Assembly (NCBI GenBank): GCA_964199315.1
Contig: OZ116699.1
Location: 29,822,001-29,886,000 of the forward strand
Source of the DNA: Orbicella franksi
Taxonomy: Eukaryota
Length of the DNA stretch: 64,000 bases
Direction of reading: 5' to 3'
Under the pieces are notes generated by a model that was given only the letters and a program-made list of their open reading frames with translations, searched no databases and was not told where the DNA came from. This document shows, piece by piece, positions 49,947-63,716 of this stretch. How positions within the stretch are numbered: position 1 is the first letter of the stretch; every line of letters begins with the position of its first letter. Both the position numbers and the translations under genes were made by a program.

Positions 49947-51351
49947 CAATGAAGAGAACTGTATTACAGTTGATCCAACTGTAAGGCTACCTATACAGCT
50001 TCCATCTACTTTCCGAAGAGGAGAATTAACGTTTATCCTTGTGGAATGATGCCCGGTTCATACTAGAATTCTGCAAAAATTGTAAATGGATATTTAAATG
50101 CGGTGACGCGTAGATATGGAGTGCCTCAATGATAATATTGTTATTTTAACGCCAGCAGTAACTTTTGGGTAATGAAGTCACAAAAACCGTGATAAATTAC
50201 TAGATACTTTTCTGTGATGAGTTTCGATGAGATAATGTGCATGTGCGGACTCCCTAGTTAGATTTCTTTTACATTGTCACTGACGCCCTCTCAGTAATCG
50301 AGCTACAGTTGTTTTTAAGATAATAGTTGCAGTCTTATGATTAATGATGCATGGGATCAGAGTCAGTCATTGTCGGTAGCAAGGCAAATTGCACATACAA
50401 GGACGTTTATGTAGGTAAATAAACAGGATATTAAACACAGATTGGCGAAACACAGATGTTTCTGCAGATCGTCTTTTTTCTTAATATTTATTACCATAAA
50501 AGCCAGTAATCTTTGTCTACTATTCCAACCCAATATTAGAACTTCAATTGCTATTTCGCTTTAAAGCGCATACAACGTACAAGATTGTGTCCATTTTAAA
50601 ATTATTCATACATTACTATTATAAAACGCTTTTCATCTGTTCTACAAACTATTTAGGATTAAGACTGACTGAGCAGTGTCCAACTTCGAGCTTCATTTGT
50701 GTTAGTGCTTCATTGTTGTTTGAAACGAAAGGGAAGTGGATACTCGGACAAAAGAAAAGCAGGTTTTCTGAGTCAGGATTATTCAATGAGCTCAGACCAT
50801 AAAAACATGTCAGTAATTTATACTCGATGGCAATAGCTGGAAACCTGGGAGTTAATAATTGACACATCCAGGATTGCTTAGTCTAAAAAGATACAATATT
50901 TTTAATAGCGGAGTTCTTTGTAATGGTCATTAAAAAGTTGCACAACTTTGGAATTTATATTTATCTACATTCAGTTACTTATATTATTAGTCTGGTAACG
51001 TTTGGCGTGATATGAAATTATGAATGGAATCCCAGTCATCACAAATCAGGGCACCATATGAGTGTTCTCGAAATACGACTTTTGCTAGTTCCTTTTGTCC
51101 AGCGTGCAGAAATACTGCTTTTTGTTATGCTTTATATAAGCCGGATTCAAGTTCTTAGCTCCAGAAGGGGGAACCCTTGATACGTTACATTGGTTGAAAC
51201 ATCTTACACGGTTTTGTGAATATTTTTGATGTCCAATAGTCTTCACCCTGAAACTGACTTGCGTTATCATTGACTTGAGCTTCGCCACTGGTTCTTGTTG
51301 ATGATTCTTGGAAACAACAACTTGAATGTGTTTTCTTTTTCTTTTCTTTAT

Positions 51352-54300
51352 CTATTTTCGTGATTTTCCAGGGCACTTGATTCGTAGAAGATCCTTGATT
51401 TGGTCAGGTTGAATCGCGTAGTTGAAGATGTAGAAGTCATCGACAAAACCTCTAAGATACCTTCCACCCAGGTCAAAGCTTCCTAAACAGGCCTTGTAGC
51501 CCCAAAAGTCGTCGAGAGGTCCGCTGCCTCGTGAGCTGCCCCGTAGTGCTCCATTCACATAAACCTGTAAAATAAGCGAGTCAAGCGGCACATTAGACTG
51601 TTCACACTTGGTGGCCGAGCACTGGTGCCCGGGAACCGGCACTAAGTAGCGTTGCGTTCAGACACTGGGTACTGCAACTACTCAAGTCGAGACCTTGTAC
51701 CCGGGCACGTGCACTGTGCCCGAATTCAGGTTTTAGAACTTGGGAAAAAGCTGTGTTCACATTAGTGCCCAGCGAGAGTTGTACTCGGCACCGTGCTCAA
51801 GCCCCAAGTATGAACATAGCCTTATAGTGAAATAATTCTGGTAACCAACTCTGAAAGTAGCCAGGATCACCACGTCCGGTCATGCGATCGTTTCGATTTG
51901 GAGAGGAGTAGTGCCTAACACTAACAGCGACTTTTTGGTGACTATGAAACTAATTTGATCCGCTATCTATTAAGGTTTTTTTTTTCTCTCGAGTTGGTAC
52001 AAGAATGCTATTAGGGGGCGAATCTGGGCAGTTTGTTGTTCTTGTTGTAATCAAGTCATTTCAGTTATTTGAAGGAATACCTAATTAGTATAGAGGAATA
52101 CATATTATCATTGAATTTCTTCAACCTTATCACCCAATCACCTCTGAATCACGAAATTAACGTGGAGGAATCTCTTTATTCTTATTTATTGAATCTAGGA
52201 AATCTAATGATATGGGTTAAATTCATAGACTCTTTACTAATTTCTCTAACATTCACGCTCGAATTGCAAACTGAAGGCAAAAGATTTGTAGAGAATCATA
52301 CTGGAAGTCTTCCAGCTTTATTTCAAGTTCCTCACCCTTGCTGTCAACAAAGTTCTCCGAAAAAGCTGCATTGATGTCCATTATTAGAACGTAACATATT
52401 CCCAGACAAAAATCTTTTACGATAGCCATGTTTGTCTTTCTAAACAATAGAAATTAAACGCAAATCATTTTCACTGTTTCCGTGTATTGTTGCATGTGGC
52501 CGCCATGATGGCAAGTATTAAAATTAAGCTACCTTCGCCTCCCCTGAGTTGCTGTCGTATGAGCCAATTAGATGTGTCCAGACATCGGGCTTGATGATGT
52601 CATTAGTGAAAACAGCGAACACTGGATTCTGGAAGCGGTTTCGATGAAACCAACGGACCCTGCCGTCATCAATTTCAAAATGATATCCTCCTGTTGAGAG
52701 AAATGCAATGGAGAAGGTTTATCCGATAACCAGGTCAAAAACTCCAAACTTCCATGTGAGTTCCCGTAAGTATATTTGTGTAGTAAACGTCTTTGACCCT
52801 TTCCGGTATGGAGAGGTAAGGTATAAGTTTATTCAAGACTAGTGAACTTGTTACAACCAAGATAAGTCTACGCCTTCCTCCGGCTTCTAATCTTCCAATC
52901 TGATTGGCTAATTTGCCGTTGTCGATAAGAGTCCAGACAATACTGCTCTCGTCAATGTGTCACGCTCTTGGCCACGCTCTCAAAAAACATTTTCTTTGAC
53001 GTTGAAATTGTGGCAAAAACAAATCGAATGTGGTTTAGTGGCTGCGCCTCGCGAGTCTACAACATTTTGACCACTGTGATGACGCATGTCGTTGTCGATA
53101 AGAGTACAGACAACGCTAAACCACATTCGATTTGCTAAACATAAACACACAACAAGAGAAAGCCTTCGTTACCCATTATTTGTCCAATGTTCATCACTCG
53201 AGCAGTGCTAAAGACGGAGTGGTATCCACGAGACGAGCCAACAAGGTTTACCCAGGACGCCACAGTTATACCAGTACGGGGCTTGCCTCTGAATGTTGTA
53301 TCCTCCAGCAGGATGTCGCCAGACTTCCCTAGACTTGCATAGTGCCCGCAGACTCCTCTGTGCGGAGCGATAAAGGCGCCCTTGTCCAAGAAGGCGTTGT
53401 TACCTTTGTCAGACTCATCCAATACCACTTGGTTTTCCCACTTTTCGAATCCTAAGTGCAGAACTACGAAAAGAAGAAATGCTTCGTATTTGCAGTGTTC
53501 TTTTACTTACCATATCGTCTCGACAAGGCGATAATCTCTAAGCTCTTCCGTTGATTCTAAAACGTACTTGCTCTATAACTGAGGAAAATATTTCCAAAGA
53601 ATTTTAAGAGACCCATTGTTACCGTACCCAATTTCGCAATTACCTAATCGGAAGCCGGGTCTACTGTCCTGATATCCTGCGACATTAAGTCGCTGACCTG
53701 ATAAGGTCATTTTTGGGAATTTGGTAACGATGAATACCTAATCGTACCTTTTCTTGATACGCTATGGCGGCATATCAAGCTCGTTTGGTCTCGCGTGTTT
53801 ATTTTAGCTTGACTTCTCGCCAACATGCGAACCATGGCTCGACCAATGCCACCGAAGCGCATCAAAAAAATACGACTACGCAAAAAATCGTCCAGGTGCC
53901 AGAAACAACATAAAATCACTCAGATCCTACACGTACCTGGACACCCTGGAAGGTAACAGGAAATGGTCTCAAATTCTCTGCCTGACTTAGGACAGGCCAC
54001 ACCATCACACATCCGGGACCGCATTCTTTTGCCAACACCACACGTGACAGAACACGTTGAGTAGGGGGACCATTCTAATGCTTCAGCTATGTAACAAGAA
54101 GAGCCGCATATCAAATTGCGTTATGTATAGAACCCTTCGATATTATTTCCTCTTCTACCATAGACGAGCCATTGATCCTTTACATACCAATTTACCGTGC
54201 GTTTTGAAGTAATTTCCCTTGTCAACGAACATCAATACGTCAATTGCAGTTGCATAAACAAAAATTCATCTAACTTAAATTTCACATTTACAGCCTGATT

Positions 54301-57300
54301 ATGAGCAGGATAAGCTGGGTCTGACTGATTCTGCGTATCAAAAATAAATAAATTCCAGATAAAGAGGACCCTAAGAATCCTGAAAAAAATGCACGATTAA
54401 GCCTGAGGCACATAATAATAGACTATATTCGCGATGTCCAAACGCAACGAACGCACTAAAACGAACTCAAGAGAGTTAAGGAGCAACCAAAAGAAATGTT
54501 TGCAAAGAAATATAAAAACTAACACAATAATAATTATAGAAAGAATGATATTATATCTATGCCCCACAAAATTCTGTCTTTGATTACCAGCAAACTTTGA
54601 CTGTGAGGCTCAGTTGTTTTTACTTCTTCCATCAGGTAAAGAGAAATTTGGTCAAGATTGTGTGGCAATGAAACAGCGGCGATTTCCTGGTATATCAGGA
54701 AGCGGTTGCTTCATAAAGTATTGAACGGCCTAAAAGCCAAATACCACGGAAAGAGATAGGATTTAGGCTCTACAGATGAATTGAACCATGATGGTAATGT
54801 AGTTATAAAGCGAATCAGAACAATACATACTGTGTTATCAGACTCGAAAGCTGCGCATTTTCGGGTAAGAAGTTGCCCTTCTACTCCTATAACCTGTCAA
54901 ATATACGTGCAATTCTTATGCACTGGGCAGCGGGTATTGAAAAAAGATTACAACCAGTCCACTGACGGTTCTACCTGTCGTGTATTCATAAAAAGGCCGA
55001 CGACTCAGTGAAACGAAATCAAGATGGCAGTATAAACTGTTTAATTTCGAAAACCAGAACCTCGTGTACAAGATCAAATATGGAAAGCGGATCACGTGAT
55101 ATACTCTGCTTGTAGTTTTATAGGGAACCCAAATGGCAAAATCTGACACGACCGATCGAGTGAATATCATTATGTTCGTTCATTGATACGTATTCATTGA
55201 TAAAAAGTGGAACATTTTTGAACTGAATTCAGCTGATTAACTAGATAGGCGGAAGAAAGAAGAATTTTGTCTGAGATTATGGCGTACGTACGTACAAATG
55301 ACCTAACTCAGCAATTTGTTTTGCGACTGTTAAATTTATATCAATTGCCAAATAAAGGCTGCAAAAATCATTTCTTTGCGTGGATCATACACATTTTTAT
55401 AAACAGTGGCATAACGTACCAGAACAACTGCTCGTGCATGGGACAACTTGAGTTTGTACTCCGGGGGCTGTACAGTCCTCCGCACTGCATCTCCGGTACC
55501 GCTTCCTAACACCCGATCCACAGGTCACGGTACACTTGCTGAATGGACCCCACTGAAACGTTCCATGGTTGTGAATGGTACTTGCCTTGCTGCTGCTGAG
55601 GTCGTAAGCCTGCTGCCTGCTTAACACTGCTGCTTGTTGGTGACTATCACTGATGGGTAGCGGAAAATCTGGATGTACATGCAACCGTATGGGCAATTCA
55701 GAGACAGGAAAGTGGCTATTCTGGTTTGTTACATTGATGTGAGTTTGGATGTGGTATGGTCGAGGAGCGCTTTCATTCAATTCTACCCCTTTTGTGTGGG
55801 AGTGTTCATGAGCCGTTAGAGGTGGATTCATTTTTGTCTTTCCAGTTGTATGTGTCTCTGGTGGTCTTGCCACATCCACAACAGGAGATTTGCCTTTCGT
55901 TGACGCCGTAGCTTTACCTTGAACGTTTTGATAGGGTTTAGCTTTGACAGGTTCTTCGGCAACCTTGAAAGACGATTCACTGTTATCACTAACCTGAACT
56001 GGCTTGAAGCTCTGACCTTAAAACAACCAAAATAGTGAGTATTATTTCTCAATCCACAGTTGGGATACCAAACTGGTGTTTTATAGCTAAGTCACGAAAA
56101 ACGCAATATATTTTTCAAAACTTCTAAGACTGACCTAAATGATCACAGCCATAAAGCTCTGCACGCATACAGATGTGTACGCCATACCACGCCAATGGAT
56201 GGATTCTAACATACCGAGCTGTGATTGGGTGTTTTAAATGACGCACTGCTATGGTTTTGCTGTCGTCGTTACCAACAAATGCCTGCCAAAAAGAAAAAAC
56301 AAAAACAAAAAAACAGTGTATCCGTACTTATCCTGACGATTAATTGACGATACTTAACGCCGATTTGTGTAACATGAAAGGTCAAGAAGTAGTGATGGTC
56401 TCCTTGGATGGGAGAGTAGCAGAGTACTACTTGTGTTTCGTAACGTTCGCCGTTACCTATATGCTTCCGGGTGGAAATGGTACTGTTTTAATAAAGATCG
56501 TTGACAAGGAGCACAACACAATAACCCCTAGCCAGCTTGAGAACCCGGAGCCCTTGGTCGAACTGTTAGGTCACTGCCCCTGTCCACATCAGTTTGTGAG
56601 CTGGTTCGATTCGGCTAACGTGTTGCGCAACACACACAAATTGCACAGCTGTAACCTCCCAAATGAACTATCAGGTGGTCTGAATTGGACAAGGATGTAA
56701 ACGCGTTCGCTGAATCCCTCTAAGTTGAATTTCCCTGTTACCTTTTGCCTGTTATCTTCGGTGTAGTTTGTCCACTTTAGTCCATTGGCACTGTATGTTA
56801 TTCTATAACTCATTACCCAGCGGTCGTCAGTCACTTGTCCTTGCGTTCCCATACCTAAATAATAAAATAAGAGATTTCCATTTTACTGCTTGTACGATGA
56901 ACAGCCGACCAGCCTTTTGGTTTAAAACGAAATAATCATTCTAAAAGCTAGGCATCTTAAACAATAGTACAGACAGTATTGGGCTCCTTTAAAAATCAAG
57001 TTTGTGGCATTCTTGAATGGAACTGAATCCTAACACGCATTTCCCCTGTGATCAGATTTCCCTTCATTGATGCTTTATTCGTCGCTGCTTCTTTTGGCTA
57101 GTATTTTAACAAGCAAAGAAAGAAACCATGGCCGGTATTTCATAGAAAGACCACACAAACATGACAAGATGCATGAGTAACTGAGGAAATTAATGTCATT
57201 GAGCTTTTTTAAAAGTGATGTGTGAGATAACTTCACTTATCAACGACTAAGCAATGCTCGTTTTATAGCAGTAACTGACCTGTGACTTTTCTCGGCTTTT

Positions 57301-60300
57301 TGAGATCAATTTCAAGAAACTGCTCCTTATCTGCCAGCTTTGCACACCAGCTTCCTCGGGTGGAAACACGTTCGTTCCGAGCAGTTATAACACGTGCGTA
57401 GAACGCTGGATGTGCTTTGTCTATTGTAGATGAGCCGGAAATCTCGTGGTCCAAGATTGTGCCATTTGACATTCCCATTGGTGAAAAACATTCTACATGT
57501 GTATAACAAAAAAAAAAAATCATCAGGGCCTGTTTGCGGGTGTGTTGTAAGGTTAGGACATCGAATAAGTGCATGGAAGAAAAGGAATAGGAATGGAAGC
57601 TCTCTATTTTCTTGTACTAGAGTCGCGAACCAAAACTAGCATTTACAGTGAAATCTTACTGTACTGCATGGGAAGCCTGTCAGAGAAACGATTGACTTTT
57701 GCGTATCTCGCTTTACTGTTTGCTGTGGAAACTATTATAAAAATAAGATAATATTACCTGGGCAACTCGGATTGGTGCACGGCACTCTCTCAGTGTATGA
57801 CTCTGTTCCTGGTGGACAGTTTTGATTTCGTTCATTGCCTTTTGGTTGACATTTGATGACCCTTTTCTTGGTTCCTTTACCACAGCTTACGCTGCATTCT
57901 CCAAAATTTGACCATGTAGTGAATGGATTAATGCTATCTATCGCGGATAAATCCGTTTGAACTGTGTCAGAGAGCAATCCTAATAGACAGATTAAGGAGG
58001 AAAATTAATGAGCCGAGTGATGGGCGTTTTTTAATGCGTGTCTAATTTTATTTAATGGTCGAGTTAGAAATTAATAAAAAATATCTGTAAGTATTCGGTC
58101 TGCCGTATCTCAGACGTCATAAACGACTTGTCTCTGAATCAAAATGAGTCTGCGAAACTACTGATATGAGACTTATATTTATCTGCTCAGCTCGTTCATT
58201 ATCTACGACCTTTATCAAGTGCAAATGTGAAGAGCTTTCCCAGACGTTTGCGCAAAACTTTTAGAAGCTATATTGCATAATTTTGTGAGAAACTTTACAT
58301 TCCAAGTACGCTTGTTAACTTCCCAGACATTCTTTTTCACACCCAAAAGACTGTTACGTTGTTCACTCGACTCTTCATCGTGTGATCAGACTTCTAAGTT
58401 TTACTTCGAGTTGACTGGTTAATATTCGGTTGTTCCTTAGCTAAAAGCTGTGATTTGCTGTGTGATCACCGGCTTCCCTTCAGCATTTCAATTTTTGTTC
58501 TGCTTTAGGAGTGTTGAAAAAGGGCTGAAAGAAGCAATAAGTTACTTTTGTCGATAGAAGTCTAAGAATGAAAGAACACTGTGTCAGTTGTCATAAAAAT
58601 GACGCCAAAAATGAATCATGTGCTGATTTAACGATCTTACCTGGAATGCAGCCATATAATTCAACTCTCATGCATATGTGATCTCCGTACCAGGATAGTG
58701 GATATAAACGAATATAACGACCGTCAAAAAATCTTTGTAGCCAGTGAATCTTGACGGAATCTTTGTCATCACTCCCCTGTAGCGACTGAATTGTAAATGG
58801 TCATGTGTCAATCAAGAATTGGTTCATGCTTAGTGTGCGTATATCGAGGTATGGATGGACGCAGGAAGTTTGGAGAACACGAAAGAAACGTAAGAGTTGC
58901 TCGAGGCGATAGCCGAGAGCAACTCTCGCTTTTCAGCCTTCAAATTGAAACTGCACACGTCATCTTATATATACACAGCCGAGCGTACATAGAGATTTCG
59001 TTCATGATGGCTCAACAGGAATTAGATAGCACTAGCGCGCGCGCTAATACTGTTTCACTATATTAACTTTAGAAGGTTTTCACGGCCATCTTCAACGTCT
59101 TTACATTACAACTCATTTCCGTTTCGTCACATGGAAGACGACGACGACCATACGGTATCAGGGAAGATGCAAAATGCTTTTTTGAACCATTGGGAAGATC
59201 ATAAAAAGAGAGAAAAAGGAAGTCAAAACTGATTCTTAGTATACAATTGAAACTTAAACACTGACACATCCTTCAAGTATTTTTTATTCAAATTCACAGC
59301 ATAATAAGAAGATAAAGGAGCTTCTTCTTACCTCTCCTGTCAAATCCTCAGTTACACATTGAAAAGTCCTTCCATTCTGACTGTAGCAGAGTTTGAAGCT
59401 GGTGACGTAGTTGTCCTCCAAAGAGGCACCCTGTAGAGCTACTCCCGACAAGGTCTTCTCTTCCCTAAGATCCACCGTGAGGTAAGGCTCCTTATCATCC
59501 TCGTCGGCGCACCATGCCGTCCTCTGGGGATCGTCGTAGAATGACACAAGATTCAGGCGGCCGTAGAAAGGCTTATGGAGATGGTAAGTTGAAGAGGCTG
59601 TGACTTGTCCATCTTTGATTTTCATGTCTTCCATTCCTAGTGGTGAGAAGCACTCTACAAAAAAGAGGCAGCGTTGACCTTTTGAACCGCATGATCATGG
59701 GAAGTACTTGCAAAGTCGCCCGAGCCTGAGGCTCCTGTTAAAAGCGCTTGTCAACTATAATAAAATGCTAATAAAATCTGAGGGTTGATACGGGGTAAGG
59801 AACTTGAAAAAAGAACTTCCTTTTTCACACAATCCACTTAATTTTCGCTTCATTTACTAAAGGGCTGCCAAAACGTACGTGAATGAATGAATGAATGAAT
59901 GAATGAATGAATGAATGAATGAATAAACGAATGAGAAGCTTTATTTGAGTGTCAAGACTAAAATAGCAAATAATACAGAAGCCTCAAAGTTGACATCATA
60001 CCTATACAATGTAGTCCACTTTCAGCTATAACACATGTGTGCTGCCGGAGGAGCTGTAGTGACCAATTTAGCTACAAGGCTATAGTGCACTTTTCCGTTT
60101 TGTTCAAATACTCCTCTCCATTTTACGCTTACGGTAATATAAGTGTGCTTTGTAACTACGACATTTAATTTTTTTTTTTACACTGGTTTCTCGTAATTTC
60201 TTGCATTTCGCTTTCAATTTAACCAGACTTGAATTGTTCAAAAGCATCCGTTACCTCTCCTGCCTCAGTCCACTTTTTGCATGGCTGAACGGGATTAGAG

Positions 60301-63300
60301 GTGAAGATTGTAACGTTCGAAAAGTGTTTAGGATAAGGACTGCACAGTTCACAATGCAGACGTCAATAAATACAATGACAACGCACAAGTCTTACAACAC
60401 ATTTATTTTCTCTTCAAATAAATAATCGTACATACCTTTCTCAAATTCACATCTCTGCATCAATTTCTTAATTTCTTCTTGAGTCAAGGCCTCATTTGAT
60501 ATATAAAATTCATCAATTTGTCCGTCCAACAATCTCTCTCCTTTATGCTCACCGATCCCCGCTTTCTCTTGCCAGTCTTGTGACAACTCCCCCGAGCCAT
60601 CACCCCTCAGAATAAACTTCGCATTCACATAAATATCAGCTTGCCCTAATTTGGAGTCGTAAGTGCAGGCGACGTGTGTCCACACGTGCGAAGGAACGAT
60701 CACTTCTGATGTCACGTTGAAAATTATCTGTCCATGTTCGTTTCGGTGAAACCATCTGACCGACCCGCTGTCAATTTCCAAATGATACTGACCATTGTCA
60801 TGAGTGGAGTTAATTCCACCGATTGTATCAAACAGTGAGTTTGGTCCTTCTACCGAGAATAGTTTTATCCATGCCGCAATCGTCACGGCGATACGTGGTT
60901 TGTTCCTAAATGAAGGTCCATTCAACAAGATGTCTCCTCCATTGAGATCTACTCCATTGCCACATCTTTCACTGAACAGGGCCGTCCGTGCAAAGTTCAC
61001 AATTCTGGCATCGTTGTGTTGTTGTGATTCGTCCACGATAATATTATCCTTGAAGATATGCTCAAAACGGAGGTACACAACTGCTTTTTCAATTGCTGAA
61101 AGAATGAATAAAAGAGAAAATGTATAGCAAGAGAAACAGGCAATGGGATTTACTGACTAATTTGTTTCTACGTCTACCTACAAATTTCACCAAGATACTA
61201 AGACAACAGCCTTTAGATAAATTCTTCACCTAACTTTTTCAAAAAGTTAAAAATGGTAGTAATAGAACCCTGACTGACCTTTTTTAACAATATCTTTTGC
61301 GCAAGGTTTTACGAGAGACGTGTTGCATCCAAATAAAAAAACGTATTTCACGACGCATACTGGCGAGACAATTGCTCTTGTTTGCCAAATTAAATCAGTA
61401 ATTATTTCTTATTCCTTCGAAAGAGCTTATGTCTTAGCCAGTTTAGAATTGGCGTTAACCTGGTTATTAATTGGATACTCACTGGACATAATATTAAGGT
61501 CTTCCTCACTTAGTTTTCCTGGGAAAGCAAACAAAATTACTGTCAGAAGATGACACAGGATTAAAGCATTTGGGGAGAGGTTTGATTGAGAAGTATAAGA
61601 ATACAGTGACTAAAAAACAGCATTTTTGAGACTGCACGCATAACTGGATGTCTTAACAAGCTTTCTGTATGTCTGGCTTCTAGACGAAGAAAAACAAGAA
61701 AAACGCGATTACCTTTGATTTTGGTGCTGTCGCTATCGTCACTTTTACCCTGTGATTTGCTGTTTTTATTTCCCTTTTTCGTGCCTTTCTCCTTAGTTCC
61801 AGTATCCTCGTCTGATGATGAATCATCGGTTACTGTTTATCAGCAAAAATGGAAGAAGAAAGAGTCTTTCAGGTCATGTGCTAATACTTTAAAATGATCA
61901 TCAATCTATGTACAAATGACTCTAATGTTCGATTTCAGCCAATTGAAATCGCCTGAGTAATGAAACATTGGAAAAATTAATGAACTATATCGGTGGTCAA
62001 TAAACAAAGCTTTTTATTTTTTGAGCCATCCTGCTTGCGTGTCAGCAAACAGCTTCCTAAGGCTGGTAAGTGCTCTGGCAGAACAAAGTCTAATGACTCA
62101 ATTCCTCTGGTATATAGGCAGGCCTGCACACGCACGAAATTGAAAAAGTGGCTGCATTCTAAAGCTATATATGTTTACCGTTTTTGCAGCCGAAGAGTTC
62201 AATCCTCATACAGTTAGTCAGTCCACTCCATGCCAGGGGAAGAATACGAATATACTGAGCTTTTATTCTTGGAAACCAGTGGGTAACTACCGTGTCACGG
62301 TCCTTGTTACCTGTAAAATTCTACAAAACGGATTGGAAAGTTCTGAGCATTTGATTCAATATTAACTGAATACCGTTTTAAAGTGCTTTTTAGGTTATAC
62401 CGAAACACAGCACTCTATTCTCCAAGAGAATGTAAATAAAACGTTGGATATTTAAATGCAGTGAGGTATAAATATGTAAAAAGACAAACGACGATGCTTT
62501 TATTCACATTTGGGCGAATCTCTGTCATTTACAGACTCTGCATAGCAACGGGTTTAGATTTAGAAGAGTAATCATCCCAAGTTGAGAGAGAGAGATTCTT
62601 TTAGTCAGCGTAATTTGCTGCTGCGCTTACCCTCGGACTGCCATTATCTTTCCGTCTGTCTGTTACCATGAACCAATGCTTGCCATTTGAACTGTATGAC
62701 ATGGCGTATTTGGTCACCCAGTTGTCAAACATGGACTGACCTTGAGTCGAAATACCTGTTAATAAAGACATGCGGATGATGGAAGTATCAAGATATTCTC
62801 ACGAATTAGATGAGACTGAAGCAAATCTCTTTGTTGATAACCTTGTAGAGACTATCATAACTGAATGAAGATCGATGTCTATATTTCGCAATGTAAGGTT
62901 ACTGGATTCTATGATCGTTTTGTAACCCATCCAACTGCAATGATTCGTAAACTGTTGCTTTTAACGTTACATTGAAATCAATACCCTAACGATACCAAAA
63001 AATCTTTAAAAGTTACATTGTTTGCCAGAACCGGAGATGCACTGAAAAGAAGTGATGGAGAAGAAAATGTCGAGGAATTAACTTAACTATCGTGGTTAGT
63101 GCAATTAGTCCAAAACAATAGTGACAAAAGCAAACATACAAAATATTTTTTTCACCTGAAATACTCCTTCTGTTTCCCAAGTTTACTTCTAGAAATTCTG
63201 TTTCATCTGCAAAAGCTGAGCACCAACCCCCTCGGGAGCCCTTGACGGTTTTATTCAGGCGGGCGTGGTAAGGCTGATGGTGTTCATCATATGATGAAGA

Positions 63301-63716
63301 CGCCGTGAATTGAGAATCTTTTATCAGTCCGTTACTCACACCAAGGGATTCCTGACAGTCTGAGAAAAGTTTCAAACATAAGATAGATAAACTTGAAGAT
63401 CGATAAATCGGCATAATTTTTTATTGACTCTTTGTGGGCTTTCTACCTATTAACTGAAGTGCTAAAGTTGTTTTGGGCATCCTCTCTTAAACTGACTGCA
63501 CATATTTAACGCGGCAACTCTAAAAACTTATCCGTTTTCATTCAAAATGACTTGTTCATGGCTGAAGCTACTCTTACCTTCCGGAGGAGCATCAATGTTT
63601 GGGCAATGACTCTTGCCAACAAGTTCTCTAGATGTTTTTCCGTCTCCAACATTAGACGCCAGCCATTGATGACTTGGAAACGTGTACACGCAACCATCTT
63701 TAGCTTTTATCTTCAC
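51352..63716 (-). CDS. Mosaic extracellular protein, 3' part (>1320 aa): PLAT - F5/8C - linker - LamG - F5/8C - TSP1 - F5/8C - linker - TSP1 - TSP1 - LamG
   Basis: Minus-strand exons 63578-63716, 63156-63359, 62631-62755, 62179-62320, 61713-61832, 60436-61095, 59332-59654, 58641-58785, 57758-57979, 57280-57492, 56742-56854, 56135-56282, 55420-56016, 53937-54086, 53173-53463, 52533-52690, 51352-51564 splice in frame (3963 nt). Motifs: YTFPSHQWLA...DGKTSREL (PLAT end); TASS...ARL...W C...GQ...WVTKY...CMRIELFGC (discoidin); WS.FGECSVSCG.G..KR (TSP1); TIAAWIK...WTHVACTYD...IYVN...IDEF (LamG). No C-terminal TM. Confidence 0.88.
51596..51821. mobile_element. PIF/Harbinger-type MITE
   Basis: Imperfect TIR GACTGTTCACACTTGG / CCAAGTATGAACATAGCC, flanked by TTA on both sides. 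Confidence 0.6.
52880..53140. mobile_element. Interspersed repeat with internal direct and inverted segments
   Basis: GTTGTCGATAAGAGT.CAGACAA occurs twice; AAATCGAATGTGGTTTAG / CTAAACCACATTCGATTT are inverted. Confidence 0.6.
58800..59065. mobile_element. Interspersed repeat with central hairpin
   Basis: AGAGTTGCTC-GAGGCGATAGCCGA-GAGCAACTCT at 58893-58926. Confidence 0.55.
59880..59960 (-). repeat. (GAAT)11 microsatellite, probably the (ATTC)n tail of an L2-like element
   Basis: Minus strand reads ...GACACTCAAATAAAGCTTCTCATTCGTTT(ATTC)n: a polyA-signal-like motif followed by a simple-repeat tail. Confidence 0.6.

Noticed and set aside
50548-51376. Short ORFs in the convergent intergenic region between the cadherin and the mosaic gene
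   Set aside because: AT-rich, no motifs; consistent with random ORFs or 3' UTRs.
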